Source: a virus. Taken from it: DNA of 64,000 nt. The notes beneath the pieces are model-generated. The model did no database searches and was not told the DNA's origin. It saw nothing but the letters and a program-made list of their open reading frames with translations. Below, in pieces: positions 41,695-52,097 of this stretch. Both the position numbers and the translations under genes were made by a program. Position 1 is the first letter of the stretch. Each line of letters starts with the position of its first letter. The stretch is taken from IMG/VR virus record IMGVR_UViG_3300025121_000035, positions 1 through 64,000 of that record, one strand, 5' to 3'.

Positions 41695-42456
41695 ATGAAA
41701 ACATTTAAACAATTTAATGAAAGTGTAAAAGATTTACTGATTGGTAAATCTGATGAAGAAATTATTAGATTATTAAATAGATTATCACCAAATGAAATGT
41801 TGATTACTTCTATTCAAAATAATTATATTTATGGTGTAAAAAAATCTATAGAATTAGGTGCTTCCATTGACACCGAAGAATCTAAACCAATTAAGATAGC
41901 GAGTGAAAAGGGATATGTAGATATAGTTAAAATATTACTAAATAATAATGCTAATCCATTTAAAGTACATATTATAAATAGTGAAAAATATGATGAAATA
42001 TATAATTTAATTTCTAAATATAGAAATAAGTCAGTTAATGAATCAGTAAGAGATCTACTTCAACCAAAATCTGATGATGAAATGATTAAAGCATTAGAAG
42101 GTTTATCTGATTCAGATAAGATTATACAAATAATTAAATATCAATTAGATTATGATTTACTACCTAGAAATAGTGAAGGTATTTGTACTTTTTATGGTCA
42201 TTTAGATTGTGAACAGAACCAATTAACTAGTTTACCTGATAATTTAGTTGTAAATGGTGATTTATATTGTTATCATAATCAATTAACTAGTTTACCAGAA
42301 AACTTAGTTGTTAAAGGTAATTTAGATTGTAGTTATAATGAATTAAAAAGTTTACCCGAAAATTTAGTTGTTAAAGGTGATTTATATTGTAGAGATAATC
42401 CGTTACCAAAAAATATTAAAAAACCAAAAGGTGTAAAAGGAGAACTTATATTATGA
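41695..42456 (+). CDS. Two-module CTS protein: ankyrin-like repeat module + LRR-like module
   Basis: PIKIASEKGYVDIVKILLNNNANP, then internal VNE-SVRDLLQPKS and 21-aa repeats. Confidence 0.75.
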   Translation: MKTFKQFNESVKDLLIGKSDEEIIRLLNRLSPNEMLITSIQNNYIYGVKKSIELGASIDTEESKPIKIASEKGYVDIVKILLNNNANPFKVHIINSEKYDEIYNLISKYRNKSVNESVRDLLQPKSDDEMIKALEGLSDSDKIIQIIKYQLDYDLLPRNSEGICTFYGHLDCEQNQLTSLPDNLVVNGDLYCYHNQLTSLPENLVVKGNLDCSYNELKSLPENLVVKGDLYCRDNPLPKNIKKPKGVKGELIL

Positions 42457-43091
42457 TAAAAACATATAAACAATATAATGAGTCAGTAAAAGATTTACTT
42501 AAAGGCAAGTCCGATGAAGATGTAAAAAAAGGGTTAGAAGGATTATCTGATTTAGATAAAATATCTACTATCAGTAGATATAATATAAATCAAAAATTTT
42601 TACCTTCAGATGAAAATATTAAAAAAATTTTAAGCAAATTTAAATTATTTGATATATTATTTTTTGTAAAAGGAAACAATCTACCTATTAGATTTATGCC
42701 ATCAGATGAAGAAATAGAAAAAGAATTAGATAAATTAACATATAAAAAAAGAATAGATACAATAGAAAGATTTAAATTATCAGATAAATTTTTACCAAAA
42801 AGAGCAAAAACTCAAAGATTACAAACTATACAAAAAATTCGTGAAATAATAAAACAACGCGGATCATTTAATAACTTTAAAAGTACATATATTTTAGATA
42901 GATTCATTTGGTGGGATAATAATTATGATGCACTTTTATTAGCAGAAATAGGATATAATGGAATAGTATGTTATGGTTATATTAATCAAATAGATAATAA
43001 AATTAAATATAAATATGATGATTTGGATTATTTTACAGTTAATTTTATTATGAAAGTATTAAAAAATCAAATTAAAGAAGGTAGATTTTAA
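42453..43091 (+). CDS. CTS-motif protein with PSDEEI helical repeats
   Basis: MIKTYKQYNESVKDLLKGKSDED. Confidence 0.75.
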   Translation: MIKTYKQYNESVKDLLKGKSDEDVKKGLEGLSDLDKISTISRYNINQKFLPSDENIKKILSKFKLFDILFFVKGNNLPIRFMPSDEEIEKELDKLTYKKRIDTIERFKLSDKFLPKRAKTQRLQTIQKIREIIKQRGSFNNFKSTYILDRFIWWDNNYDALLLAEIGYNGIVCYGYINQIDNKIKYKYDDLDYFTVNFIMKVLKNQIKEGRF

Positions 43092-43166
43092 CCTAAATCA
43101 TGAACTATCAACTACACTAAATATGCTTTGTTAGTCAAAAAATTTTAAACAGATTTATAAAAATAT

Positions 43167-43826
43167 TTAATAACTTAATATAAAATTTACATATACAACA
43201 TAAGATACTTTAACACACTTTCCTCTTTGTTTTCCTGGAATATAGTCTGGTAAATTATTGATAACTCTTAATGCTTCTTTATCTAAATTTGGATCTACAC
43301 CTTTTAATATTTTAACATTAGATACTTTACCTTTTTCATTTACAACAAATTGAACATATACTTTACCTTGTATATTATTTTCTTTACATATTTCCGGATA
43401 TTTAATATTTTTTGTTATATATGTATGAACATTACCTTGTGTAAATATTGGCATTTCTTCCACAATAATAAACGGAACATCTGATATTTCTTCTTCATCA
43501 TCTAATTCAGGTATATTAATTTCTATATCTTCATTTGATTCTGTATTTTCTATTTCCAATTCTTCTTTTATTTCTATATTATCTGCAACTATATTTATAA
43601 CTTCTATAACTTTTGGTATAGGGGGTTTTATCTTTTCAGTTCTTGTAATAGGAATTATTTCTTCGTCAATTATAGTTATAGGTAATTCACCTAAATCATG
43701 TATAGTTTTAGTACTATTCCATTCAAAAGCAATTAACATTAATACTAATGCAATTACAAAACCTATTTGTAAAAAAATACTTCTTTGGTTTTCTAAATTT
43801 ACTTTATCTGATTTTTTCTGTTCCAT
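43167..43826 (-). CDS. tonB: Energy transducer TonB (Bacteroidota type)
   Basis: N-terminal TM helix, acidic/Pro linker, VEEMP, YP..IQGKVYVQFVV..G, PGKQRG. Confidence 0.85.
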   Translation of the reverse strand: MEQKKSDKVNLENQRSIFLQIGFVIALVLMLIAFEWNSTKTIHDLGELPITIIDEEIIPITRTEKIKPPIPKVIEVINIVADNIEIKEELEIENTESNEDIEINIPELDDEEEISDVPFIIVEEMPIFTQGNVHTYITKNIKYPEICKENNIQGKVYVQFVVNEKGKVSNVKILKGVDPNLDKEALRVINNLPDYIPGKQRGKCVKVSYVVYVNFILSY

Positions 43827-43867
43827 AATTTTTAATTTTTATTATAATAAAACAAAAACCATACCAA

Positions 43868-44707
43868 TTATAGACTATCAAAATATGTCATATCACTGAT
43901 ACTTGAATCATCTGACCAGTGAGCTGATGTAAATTTACCTTTCGGAGATACAGTAACACCAATTAAATGTCTTTTATCAGATATAGATTTTGTAAAATCA
44001 TATATAAAATACTGATTAGTAAATGGATTAACATAACTATTCCACATACTTTCAGATGTACTAATACACCAATGTTTTGATCCAATTGCACAAGATGCTT
44101 TATAATTATTTACTTGTAATACTAATAATTCTGGTGTAGATATTTTAATTTCTATATCACCGTTTTCTACAAAACTATCTATTTTTTTTAACATTGTTTC
44201 TAAATTATAATTACCAGATAAATTAGTGATTAGTGATTTAGTATCATTAATTAAGTCATGTACATTTTTATATTTACCACCTTTTTTAGAATAGAAATCT
44301 ATAATATTTTTAGACCATTGGCTATTTAATTTAATTAATGATTTTAATTCATCATTAGCTAATTCTCTTGTTCTTGATGGTAATGCTTTTAATACTTGAT
44401 TAATCTTTGTATTAATTTCAAAATCTTGTATATAATCAAATAAATCTTCAAACTTTTTAAAAGTATCTACTGGTTTATCTATTTTAATTTCATCTAATAA
44501 TTTTAATAATTCTTCTAAACGACTAATATCAATTCTTTCTTCAAAATACCATTCGGTAAATTTTCCTAAATATCCGGGATTATTTTTAAATAATTCCTTT
44601 AATTTTAAGAATCTTTCATCATTTTCTTTAATATGATGTTTTCTTAATACTGTTAAAGCTTTCTGCTTATTTTCGAATATTTTATATGTTGCTAAATTTT
44701 TAAACAT
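43868..44707 (-). CDS. Hypothetical protein with CTS-like N-terminus (TYKIFE) and ASC..GS.HWCIS motif
   Basis: ORF track; duplicated AATATATA motif upstream. Confidence 0.7.
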   Translation of the reverse strand: MFKNLATYKIFENKQKALTVLRKHHIKENDERFLKLKELFKNNPGYLGKFTEWYFEERIDISRLEELLKLLDEIKIDKPVDTFKKFEDLFDYIQDFEINTKINQVLKALPSRTRELANDELKSLIKLNSQWSKNIIDFYSKKGGKYKNVHDLINDTKSLITNLSGNYNLETMLKKIDSFVENGDIEIKISTPELLVLQVNNYKASCAIGSKHWCISTSESMWNSYVNPFTNQYFIYDFTKSISDKRHLIGVTVSPKGKFTSAHWSDDSSISDMTYFDSL

Positions 44708-44781
44708 TTTGAATATATTTATTTTTATTATTATATATTAATTTTTATTTTTATATATTAATTTTTATTTTTAAAAAATTG

Positions 44782-45393
44782 TTAAAGTTTACCGTTTATA
44801 TCATCTTTATAAAATTCATTACTATCTTGATATATCTTTTTTAATATAATGACACTTTCTGGTATTTTTACAAATTCTTCGTATTGTTGATTAAAACAAG
44901 CAAACCAACCATGTACAATCAAATCGTCAGGTACTTCTTTGATATAATTTTCTGAAACATCTAAATTACCATAAACTGTAAATTGTTTAGGCAATTCTGT
45001 TAATAAATTTTCTGATAAAAAAATATCATTACCTACTTTAAGAGATTTTGGTATGTTTCTAATATTATTTCGGCAACAATAGAAATTTTTATCAACTGTT
45101 ATATTTTTACCTATTTTTTTCATTCCTGTAAAATTAACTTTTACTGAACCATGAACGTGTAAATTATTAGGTAGTTCTTCTACTATTTGTTCTTCTATAT
45201 TTAAATCTTCATGAATATGACAAATGCCATTTTCGTCTCTTGGTAATAATTCAAATGGTAAATTATATTTAATAATTTCTATTTTCTTCTCTTCATCATT
45301 TAAATGTTTTAATTTATCTAATATATATTCATATGATTTACCTTGAAGTGAATCATATATATTCTCATTTATAAATTCTTTAAAATTTTTCAT
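44782..45393 (-). CDS. Divergent CTS-motif LRR-like protein
   Basis: MKNFKEFINENIYDSLQGKS, LLPRDENGIC, 21-aa repeats. Confidence 0.75.
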   Translation of the reverse strand: MKNFKEFINENIYDSLQGKSYEYILDKLKHLNDEEKKIEIIKYNLPFELLPRDENGICHIHEDLNIEEQIVEELPNNLHVHGSVKVNFTGMKKIGKNITVDKNFYCCRNNIRNIPKSLKVGNDIFLSENLLTELPKQFTVYGNLDVSENYIKEVPDDLIVHGWFACFNQQYEEFVKIPESVIILKKIYQDSNEFYKDDINGKL

Positions 45394-45423
45394 AAAACTA
45401 TATATAAATAATTGAAAATTATA

Positions 45424-45771
45424 TTATTCATTTAGTTCTATACGTTGATTTTCATTGTTTAATAATTCTTCTGTTTGTTTAGGTGTAGTTATATATCCAA
45501 ACCCTATAGTTGGAATAGTACTTGCTATAGTTCCTTCTAATTTTCCATAATCAATATCTTCATATTTAATCAAAATATATCCATCACCATATTTTTTTAT
45601 TACTTTAAATCGCCTTGGATTACAAATACAACTATGAGTAAGTGAATATGTTTTTGATTCCCAACAATCATACGATAAACCTTCTATAATTAAAGGTCTT
45701 AGATATTTACCATCATTTAATGACCATAACCCATCTGTTCTAACACCGTATTTTTTTTGTTCCATTTTCAT
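45424..45771 (-). CDS. Hypothetical protein
   Basis: ORF track. Confidence 0.6.
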   Translation of the reverse strand: MKMEQKKYGVRTDGLWSLNDGKYLRPLIIEGLSYDCWESKTYSLTHSCICNPRRFKVIKKYGDGYILIKYEDIDYGKLEGTIASTIPTIGFGYITTPKQTEELLNNENQRIELNE

Positions 45772-46394
45772 AATATTCTTTTATTTAATGGATAGTCCAC
45801 TTGAATTCCAATAATATCACCTTTTTTACAAATAGTTTTATGAAAACTTTCTACATTTTTAACATCATAGATTTCTCCATCAATTTCTACTTTCGGGTAA
45901 AGATCATCAAATTGTCCAGGCTTTCTTATCATATCATTTTTAACACTAAATACAGTATGATTATTAGCAGTATATTTATTTATTGATTTAAATTTCTTAA
46001 TATTTTTAGTTTCACCGTAATATAAATTCATACATATTATTTTAAATAATTCCCGGTCTCCGTTTTCTGGTGATCTTATTTTAAAACCAAACCCATAATC
46101 ATTTTCATCACCTCCCATTTGGTCAATATATCTATCACTTGGTTCTATACTACATAACCAATTATATACAAAATCAAAACAAATATTTTCATTTATAGGA
46201 TTTTGAAAATATTCTGCATTTTCTTTTTTACCCCAATATAATATTAATTCGTTTTTATATTTAATAAAACAAGTTGCTTTATTATGTGTAGAAAATGCAA
46301 TTTTAATAGCATTATTTAATACTTCAATAGAGTCAGATTTTATATCGAATGAATTTATAATTGCATTCTTATATAATTTATTTTCGTTTATCAT
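45768..46394 (-). CDS. Hypothetical protein
   Basis: ORF track. Confidence 0.6.
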   Translation of the reverse strand: MINENKLYKNAIINSFDIKSDSIEVLNNAIKIAFSTHNKATCFIKYKNELILYWGKKENAEYFQNPINENICFDFVYNWLCSIEPSDRYIDQMGGDENDYGFGFKIRSPENGDRELFKIICMNLYYGETKNIKKFKSINKYTANNHTVFSVKNDMIRKPGQFDDLYPKVEIDGEIYDVKNVESFHKTICKKGDIIGIQVDYPLNKRIL

Positions 46395-46452
46395 GATATT
46401 AATTATATAATCAAAAACAAAGAAAGTTATATTCCTAAAAAAATATTTATCT

Positions 46453-46572
46453 AATGAAAAAAACGGGTTTTATGGTAAAAAACATAGTGAAGAAACTAAA
46501 TTAAAAATGACAGAAACTCGAAAAAGAAAAAAAGAATTATTAAAAAATAAAAGGAATTTAAAAAACGTGTAG
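46453..46572 (+). pseudogene. NUMOD3 homing-endonuclease remnant
   Basis: Start-less frame NEKNGFYGKKHSEETKLKM. Confidence 0.55.
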
Positions 46573-46581
46573 GATGATATA

Positions 46582-46612
46582 AAAAAAAGGGGATTTAAAA
46601 TCCCCTTTTTTG
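46582..46612. terminator. Terminator downstream of dnaK
   Basis: AAAAAAAGGGGATTT-AAATCCCCTTTTT. Confidence 0.75.
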
Positions 46613-46614
46613 TT

Positions 46615-48748
46615 TTACTTTATTTCCTCGAAATCTACATCTTCTGCACTATTATCTGGTTTTGGTTCAGATGTCTGTTCAGTTTGAGTTTGTTGATACA
46701 TTTTAGTTGAAACTTCATTCCACAAAGCAGTTAAACTTTCCATATCGGTTTTGATTTTATCTAAATCTTTTGCTTTATGAGATTCTTTTAAGATATCTAC
46801 TTTTTCTTGTAATTTTGTTTTTTCATTATCAGATATTTTATCACCAAACTCTTTAATTTGTTTTTCAGTTTGGAAAATCATAGAATCTGCATTATTTAAT
46901 AATTCAACTTCTTCTTTAGCTTTTTTATCAGCTTCGGCATTATTTTCAGCATCTTTCTTCATTGTTTCTATTTCTGTATCAGATAAATTAGAAGATCCTT
47001 CAATTCTAATAGATTGTTTTTTATTAGTTCCTTTATCTTCCGCTGTTACGTTCAATATACCGTTTACATCCAAATCAAATGATACTTCTATTTGCGGAGT
47101 TCCTCGAAATGCTGGTGGGATACCGTCTAAATGAAATCTTCCTAAACTTTTATTATCTCTTGCCATTGGTCGTTCTCCTACCAAAATATTAATTTCTACA
47201 GATGGCTGATTATCAGATGCTGTAGAAAAAATTTGAGATTTAGTTGTTGGAATAGTTGTATTAGCTTCTATTATTTTAGTGGAAACACCGCCCATAGTTT
47301 CAATAGATAGTGATAATGGTGTAACATCTAAAAGTAATACATCATTAACATCACCACTTAAAATTCCTCCCATTATTGCTGCCCCAATAGCAACTGATTC
47401 ATCAGGATTAATTGCCTTAGATGGATCTTTACCAAATACTTCTTTAACAATTGCTTGAACTGCTGGAATTCTTGAAGAACCACCAACTAATAAAATTTCA
47501 TCAATATCAGATGCTTTAAAACCAGAATCTTTTAATGCTTTAATACAAGGTTGTTTTAAACGTTGTAACAAAGAATCTGATATTTTTTCAAAATCTGATC
47601 GACTTATTGTTCTTACTAAATGTTTAGGCATTCCATCAACTGGAATAATATATGGTAAATTTACTTCTGTTGAAGATGAAGATGATAATTCAACTTTAGC
47701 TTTTTCGGCTGCTTCTTTTAATCTTTGATAAGCCATTTTATCTTTTCTTAAATCAACACCATATTCTTTTTGAAAATCATCTGCTAAAAAATCGATAAGT
47801 AAATCATCGAAATTATCACCACCTAAATTAACATCACCATTAGTTGATTTTACTTCGAATACACCATCACCTAATTCCAATATAGAAACATCATATGTAC
47901 CACCACCAAGATCGAACACAACGATTTTTTTATCTGATTTATCTTTATCTACTCCATAAGCTAAAGATGCGGCAGTTGGTTCATTAATAATTCTTAATAC
48001 ATTAAGTCCTGCTATTTTTCCAGCTTCTTTAGTAGCTGTTCTTTCAGCATCATTAAAATATGCCGGAACAGTAATAACGGCATCTGTTACATCTACACCT
48101 AGATATTCTTCCGCAGTTTTCTTCATTTTTTGAAGAACCATTGCAGATATTTCTTGAGGTGTATATTTATTATCGCCTATTTGAACAACAGCTAATCCAT
48201 TATTTCCTTCGACTATTTTAAATGGTAATTTAATATTTTTAACATCTTTATATTTTTTACCAATTATTCTTTTTATACTGTAAATAGTATCTGGATTTGT
48301 AATCATTTGTCTTTTAGCTGGTTCTCCAACTTTTCTTTCACCATCTTTTAAAAAAGATATAATTGAAGGTGTCGTTCTTTTACCTTCACTATTAGCTATT
48401 ACTATTGGTTGTCCTGCTTCAATTACTGATACACAAGAATTTGTTGTTCCTAAATCACTTTACCACGCTTAATTTCTTAAGCCAATTTTACTTGTTGTAG
48501 TCTGGACTATACCATCATCCTATAAGGATGGAGTTATTATAGTCTCTGAACCTTCACCATATTTTAACAACTTAGGTGCTTGGATGCTGATTGCCCAATA
48601 TTATATTTTTTCAAACTTTCACAACTATCGTTTCCAATTTTGTTGTAGTAATATAATCTTAAGGGGTTTCCAGCAGTTTAAACTCTTTAACCATTATATG
48701 TTACCATATAAAGGGGACTGGTATGTTAATCCCGATTGTTTTTCTCAT
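46615..48748 (-). CDS. dnaK: Chaperone DnaK, 620 aa, two exons (48729-48748 and 46615-48457)
   Basis: Splicing gives [15 protein letters not shown]; [27 protein letters not shown]. Confidence 0.95.
48458..48728 (-). ncRNA. ORF-less group I self-splicing intron (271 nt) in dnaK
   Basis: P1 GGGAU/GUCCC with U.G at the 5' splice site; CUGCUGGAAA, AAUCAGCA, UUCAGAGACUA and GUAUAGUCC core elements; terminal G; removal restores the frame. Confidence 0.92.
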
Positions 48749-48803
48749 AATTTTTAATTTTTAATTTTTTTAATTTTTTATTTATTTTAATTGTTTTTAT
48801 ATT

Positions 48804-48843
48804 ATCAAAACGTATGCCATTCAAAATATGTGTCATACTGTCA
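48804..48843 (-). promoter_or_regulatory. Sigma54-like promoter with TGACA box (dnaK)
   Basis: TGACAGTATGACA-N11-TGGCATACGTTTTGAT. Confidence 0.55.
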
Positions 48844-49564
48844 TATTTTTTATTTTATTATTTAACATTAATTCCCAATCTTGTCTATTGTAATTAGTTA
48901 TACTATGACAATTATAACATAAGGATATTAAATTTGTTTCTAATATATTTGTCTTATTATAATCTATATGATGTATTGCTAATTTTTGAGTTTGTTTATT
49001 ACATATACAACATTTATAATTATCTCTTTTTTTAATTTTTTCTTTTAAATTTTTATTAAATTCAAAAGGATATGGTTCATTAGAAATACCACCTTTCCAA
49101 TTAGGATGATTTTCACCTTTTGGTGTATTTTCTAACAATTTATTATATCCATCTATATCATAAGACCATTTACTTTCTCTTGATTTTCTTGCCCATTGCT
49201 TATATTCTTCTGTATGTTCTTTTCCATAAAAAGGATTTTTTTCACCACATCTAGGATTATCTATTAAATATTTTTTTAAACTATTTGATACTTTTTTGGC
49301 AACATTTTCATTTTTTGTTGGGTTTTTATCTCCTTTTACTCTAACACTTGTTTCTTCTCTTATTCTATCTGCTACTTCTTTACCTACTCTATCTTCCCAT
49401 TTAATTTGGCGTTGCCATTTATTTTGACATTTCAAAGAACAAAATCTTCTATTTTCTTGTGATTTAACTATTTTACCATAATTTTTTCTATATTTATTAG
49501 TTACTAAGGTAAGTTCTATCATATTATCACATAATTCACATTTTCTATATCTATATTTTTCCAT
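48833..49564 (-). CDS. Free-standing HNH homing endonuclease with NUMOD3 motifs
   Basis: GEKNPFYGKEH, GENHPNWKGG, RDNYKCCIC..IHHIDY..NLISLCYNCH. Confidence 0.85.
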   Translation of the reverse strand: MEKYRYRKCELCDNMIELTLVTNKYRKNYGKIVKSQENRRFCSLKCQNKWQRQIKWEDRVGKEVADRIREETSVRVKGDKNPTKNENVAKKVSNSLKKYLIDNPRCGEKNPFYGKEHTEEYKQWARKSRESKWSYDIDGYNKLLENTPKGENHPNWKGGISNEPYPFEFNKNLKEKIKKRDNYKCCICNKQTQKLAIHHIDYNKTNILETNLISLCYNCHSITNYNRQDWELMLNNKIKNMTV

Positions 49565-49755
49565 ATTTAATATTTTTATATTTATATATTAAATATCAAA
49601 ACCCCAAAAATATACATTATTTTTGGGGTTGTCTTGTTTTAATTTTTATGTCATTATGACAGTTTAATATGTTATATATGATGCTAAAAGAATAACTATA
49701 AAAAAAGCGGACTAAATATTTTTTTATATATAAATAAAAAAAATAAAAGTCTATT

Positions 49756-51543
49756 ATGAATAAAAAATCGATATTAAATTTATTTAATGAGAAGCAACGA
49801 AGAAAATTTTATATAGAAAAACATCAACCTGATTTATATTCTGAATTATTATTTTATAATTTAAAGTTGGGTATAAATAATTTTACTCAATTATGTTATC
49901 ATTTTGATAATAATATTAGTAATATTCCTTTATGTAAAATATGTCAAAAAAAAGAATTAAAATTTAAAGGATTTAATCAAGGATATACTAAATATTGTTC
50001 TACTAAATGTGCTATGAATGATGAAGAATTAATTAATAATAGAAATAAAATAACAATAAAAACTAATTTAGAAAAATATGGTGTAGATAATCCTATGAAA
50101 TTAAATGAAATTAAAGATAAAGTTAAAAAAACTAATTTAGAAAAATATGGTGTAGATAATCCTATGAAGTTAAATGAAATTAAAAATAAAGTTAAAAAAA
50201 CTAATTTAGAAAAATACGATACTGAATATTATTTTCAAACCGATGAATTTAAAACTAAAGTTAAATTGTATAGTATTAACAAATATGGTATTAATCATTA
50301 TAATCAACATAATGATATAATAAACAAAAAAAATAAAACTAATTTAGAAAAATATGGTGTAGATAATCCTATGAAATTAGATAAAATTAAAGATAAAATT
50401 AAAAAAACTAATTTACAAAAATATGGTTATGATCATCATATGAAATATAAAAAATCATTAGGCTTATTAGAATATTTTTTTGACAAACAAACATATAATT
50501 ATTATAATAAACATATCAATAAACAAAAATATCATTTATTATCAATTAAAAATAAAAAATTAAAAATTAAACATAATAGTTGTAATAAAGTATTTTTTAT
50601 AGATAAACAATTATTTTATTTAAGAGATAAGATAAAATGTGAAATATGTACAGAATGTAATCCAACTATTGGAAAAAATATTTCGTATATGGAAAAAGAT
50701 TTATTAAAATTTATAGAAGAAAATTATAACAGTAATATTTTAAAAAATATTAAAAAAATTATAAAACCATACGAATTAGATATTTATTTACCTGATTTAA
50801 AATTAGCATTCGAATTTAATGGATTATATTGGCATAATGAAATTAATAAATCAAACGATTACCATATAAATAAAACTAATTTATGTGAAGAAAATGGAAT
50901 TCAACTTATACATATTTATGAAGATGATTGGATTTATAAACAAGATATAGTTAAATCAATGATATTAAATAAATTAAATATTACATTAAATAAAATTTAT
51001 GCAAGAAAAACTGAAGTAAAAGAAATAACAGATAATAAATTAGTTAGAAAATTTCTGAATGAAAATCATATTCAAGGTTTTGTTGGTTCAAAAGTTAAAA
51101 TAGGTTTATTTTATAAAAATGAATTAATTAGTTTAATGACTTTTGGTAAAATAAGAAAACCACTAGGTCAAACATCAAATGAAAATGATTGGGAAATGTT
51201 AAGGTTTTGTAATAAGCTAAATACAAATGTTATAGGCGGTGCAAGTAAACTGTTTAAATATTTTATTAAAAATTATAAATATAATAGTATAATAACATAT
51301 GCAGATAGGAGTTATTCAACTGGTAAATTATATGAAATATTAGGATTTATATATTCACATACATCTAAACCAAATTATAATTATATTATAGATAAAGTTA
51401 AATATCATAGATTTGGATTTAGAAAAGATATTTTAGTTAAAGAAGGATACGATGCTAATAAAACAGAACATGAAATTATGTTAGAAAGAGGAATTTATAG
51501 AATTTATAATTCTGGTAATTTAAAATATACATATGAAAATTAA
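49756..51543 (+). CDS. Putative homing endonuclease (KTNLEKYGVDNPMK repeats, Vsr/Hef-like nuclease, extra C-terminal domain)
   Basis: ELDIYLP..AFEFNGLYWH..IHIYEDDW; repeats shared with 7227. Confidence 0.7.
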   Translation: MNKKSILNLFNEKQRRKFYIEKHQPDLYSELLFYNLKLGINNFTQLCYHFDNNISNIPLCKICQKKELKFKGFNQGYTKYCSTKCAMNDEELINNRNKITIKTNLEKYGVDNPMKLNEIKDKVKKTNLEKYGVDNPMKLNEIKNKVKKTNLEKYDTEYYFQTDEFKTKVKLYSINKYGINHYNQHNDIINKKNKTNLEKYGVDNPMKLDKIKDKIKKTNLQKYGYDHHMKYKKSLGLLEYFFDKQTYNYYNKHINKQKYHLLSIKNKKLKIKHNSCNKVFFIDKQLFYLRDKIKCEICTECNPTIGKNISYMEKDLLKFIEENYNSNILKNIKKIIKPYELDIYLPDLKLAFEFNGLYWHNEINKSNDYHINKTNLCEENGIQLIHIYEDDWIYKQDIVKSMILNKLNITLNKIYARKTEVKEITDNKLVRKFLNENHIQGFVGSKVKIGLFYKNELISLMTFGKIRKPLGQTSNENDWEMLRFCNKLNTNVIGGASKLFKYFIKNYKYNSIITYADRSYSTGKLYEILGFIYSHTSKPNYNYIIDKVKYHRFGFRKDILVKEGYDANKTEHEIMLERGIYRIYNSGNLKYTYEN

Positions 51544-51572
51544 AGGTGATAACTTCAAGTTATCACCTTTAA
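51541..51572. terminator. Hairpin terminator between convergent genes
   Basis: TAAAGGTGATAACTT-AAGTTATCACCTTTA. Confidence 0.7.
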
Positions 51573-51574
51573 TT

Positions 51575-52012
51575 TTATTTTATATCAATTTTTTTAATTG
51601 GTTTATTTTCTTCCATTTTTTCATACTTATTTAAAGTAAGTATTAATATACCATTTTTCATTTCGGCATCAATCTTATCTTTATCTACATTTTCTGGAAT
51701 ATAAAAACTCTTTTCAAATGATGATTTATAAAATTCTTTTCTGATATAATTTTCATCATTTTGTTCATTTGTTTTTTCAACATCACTTTTAATTGTGATT
51801 CGGTCATCGTTAATTTCAATATCAATATCTTTTTTATCAAAACCTGGTAAAGATAATGATATTTCATAGTTTTTTTCATTTTCTTTAGTATTAGATAATA
51901 CTGAACCAAAGAAATTGTTTTCAAACAACTTAAATGGATTTCCACCAAAAAATTCATTTGCGAAGCTATCCATAGTTGGTAATACTGAATTTTTTAATCT
52001 TAATAGTGTCAT
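51575..52012 (-). CDS. Hsp20/alpha-crystallin small heat-shock protein
   Basis: LPGFDKKDIDI, RKEFYKSSFEKSF.IPENV, AEMKNGILILTL. Confidence 0.9.
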   Translation of the reverse strand: MTLLRLKNSVLPTMDSFANEFFGGNPFKLFENNFFGSVLSNTKENEKNYEISLSLPGFDKKDIDIEINDDRITIKSDVEKTNEQNDENYIRKEFYKSSFEKSFYIPENVDKDKIDAEMKNGILILTLNKYEKMEENKPIKKIDIK

Positions 52013-52056
52013 AATTATAAAATTTATTTTTTAATTGTTAATTTATTAATACATTT

Positions 52057-52097
52057 ATCAATTTGTATGCCACTACATATTTTATGACAAAATGACA
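52057..52097 (-). promoter_or_regulatory. Sigma54-like promoter with TGTCA box (Hsp20)
   Basis: TGTCATTTTGTCA-N12-TGGCATACAAATTGAT. Confidence 0.55.

Noticed and set aside
37665-42456. A complete diversity-generating retroelement in this window
   Set aside because: No reverse transcriptase or non-coding template repeat seen; kept only as a hypothesis
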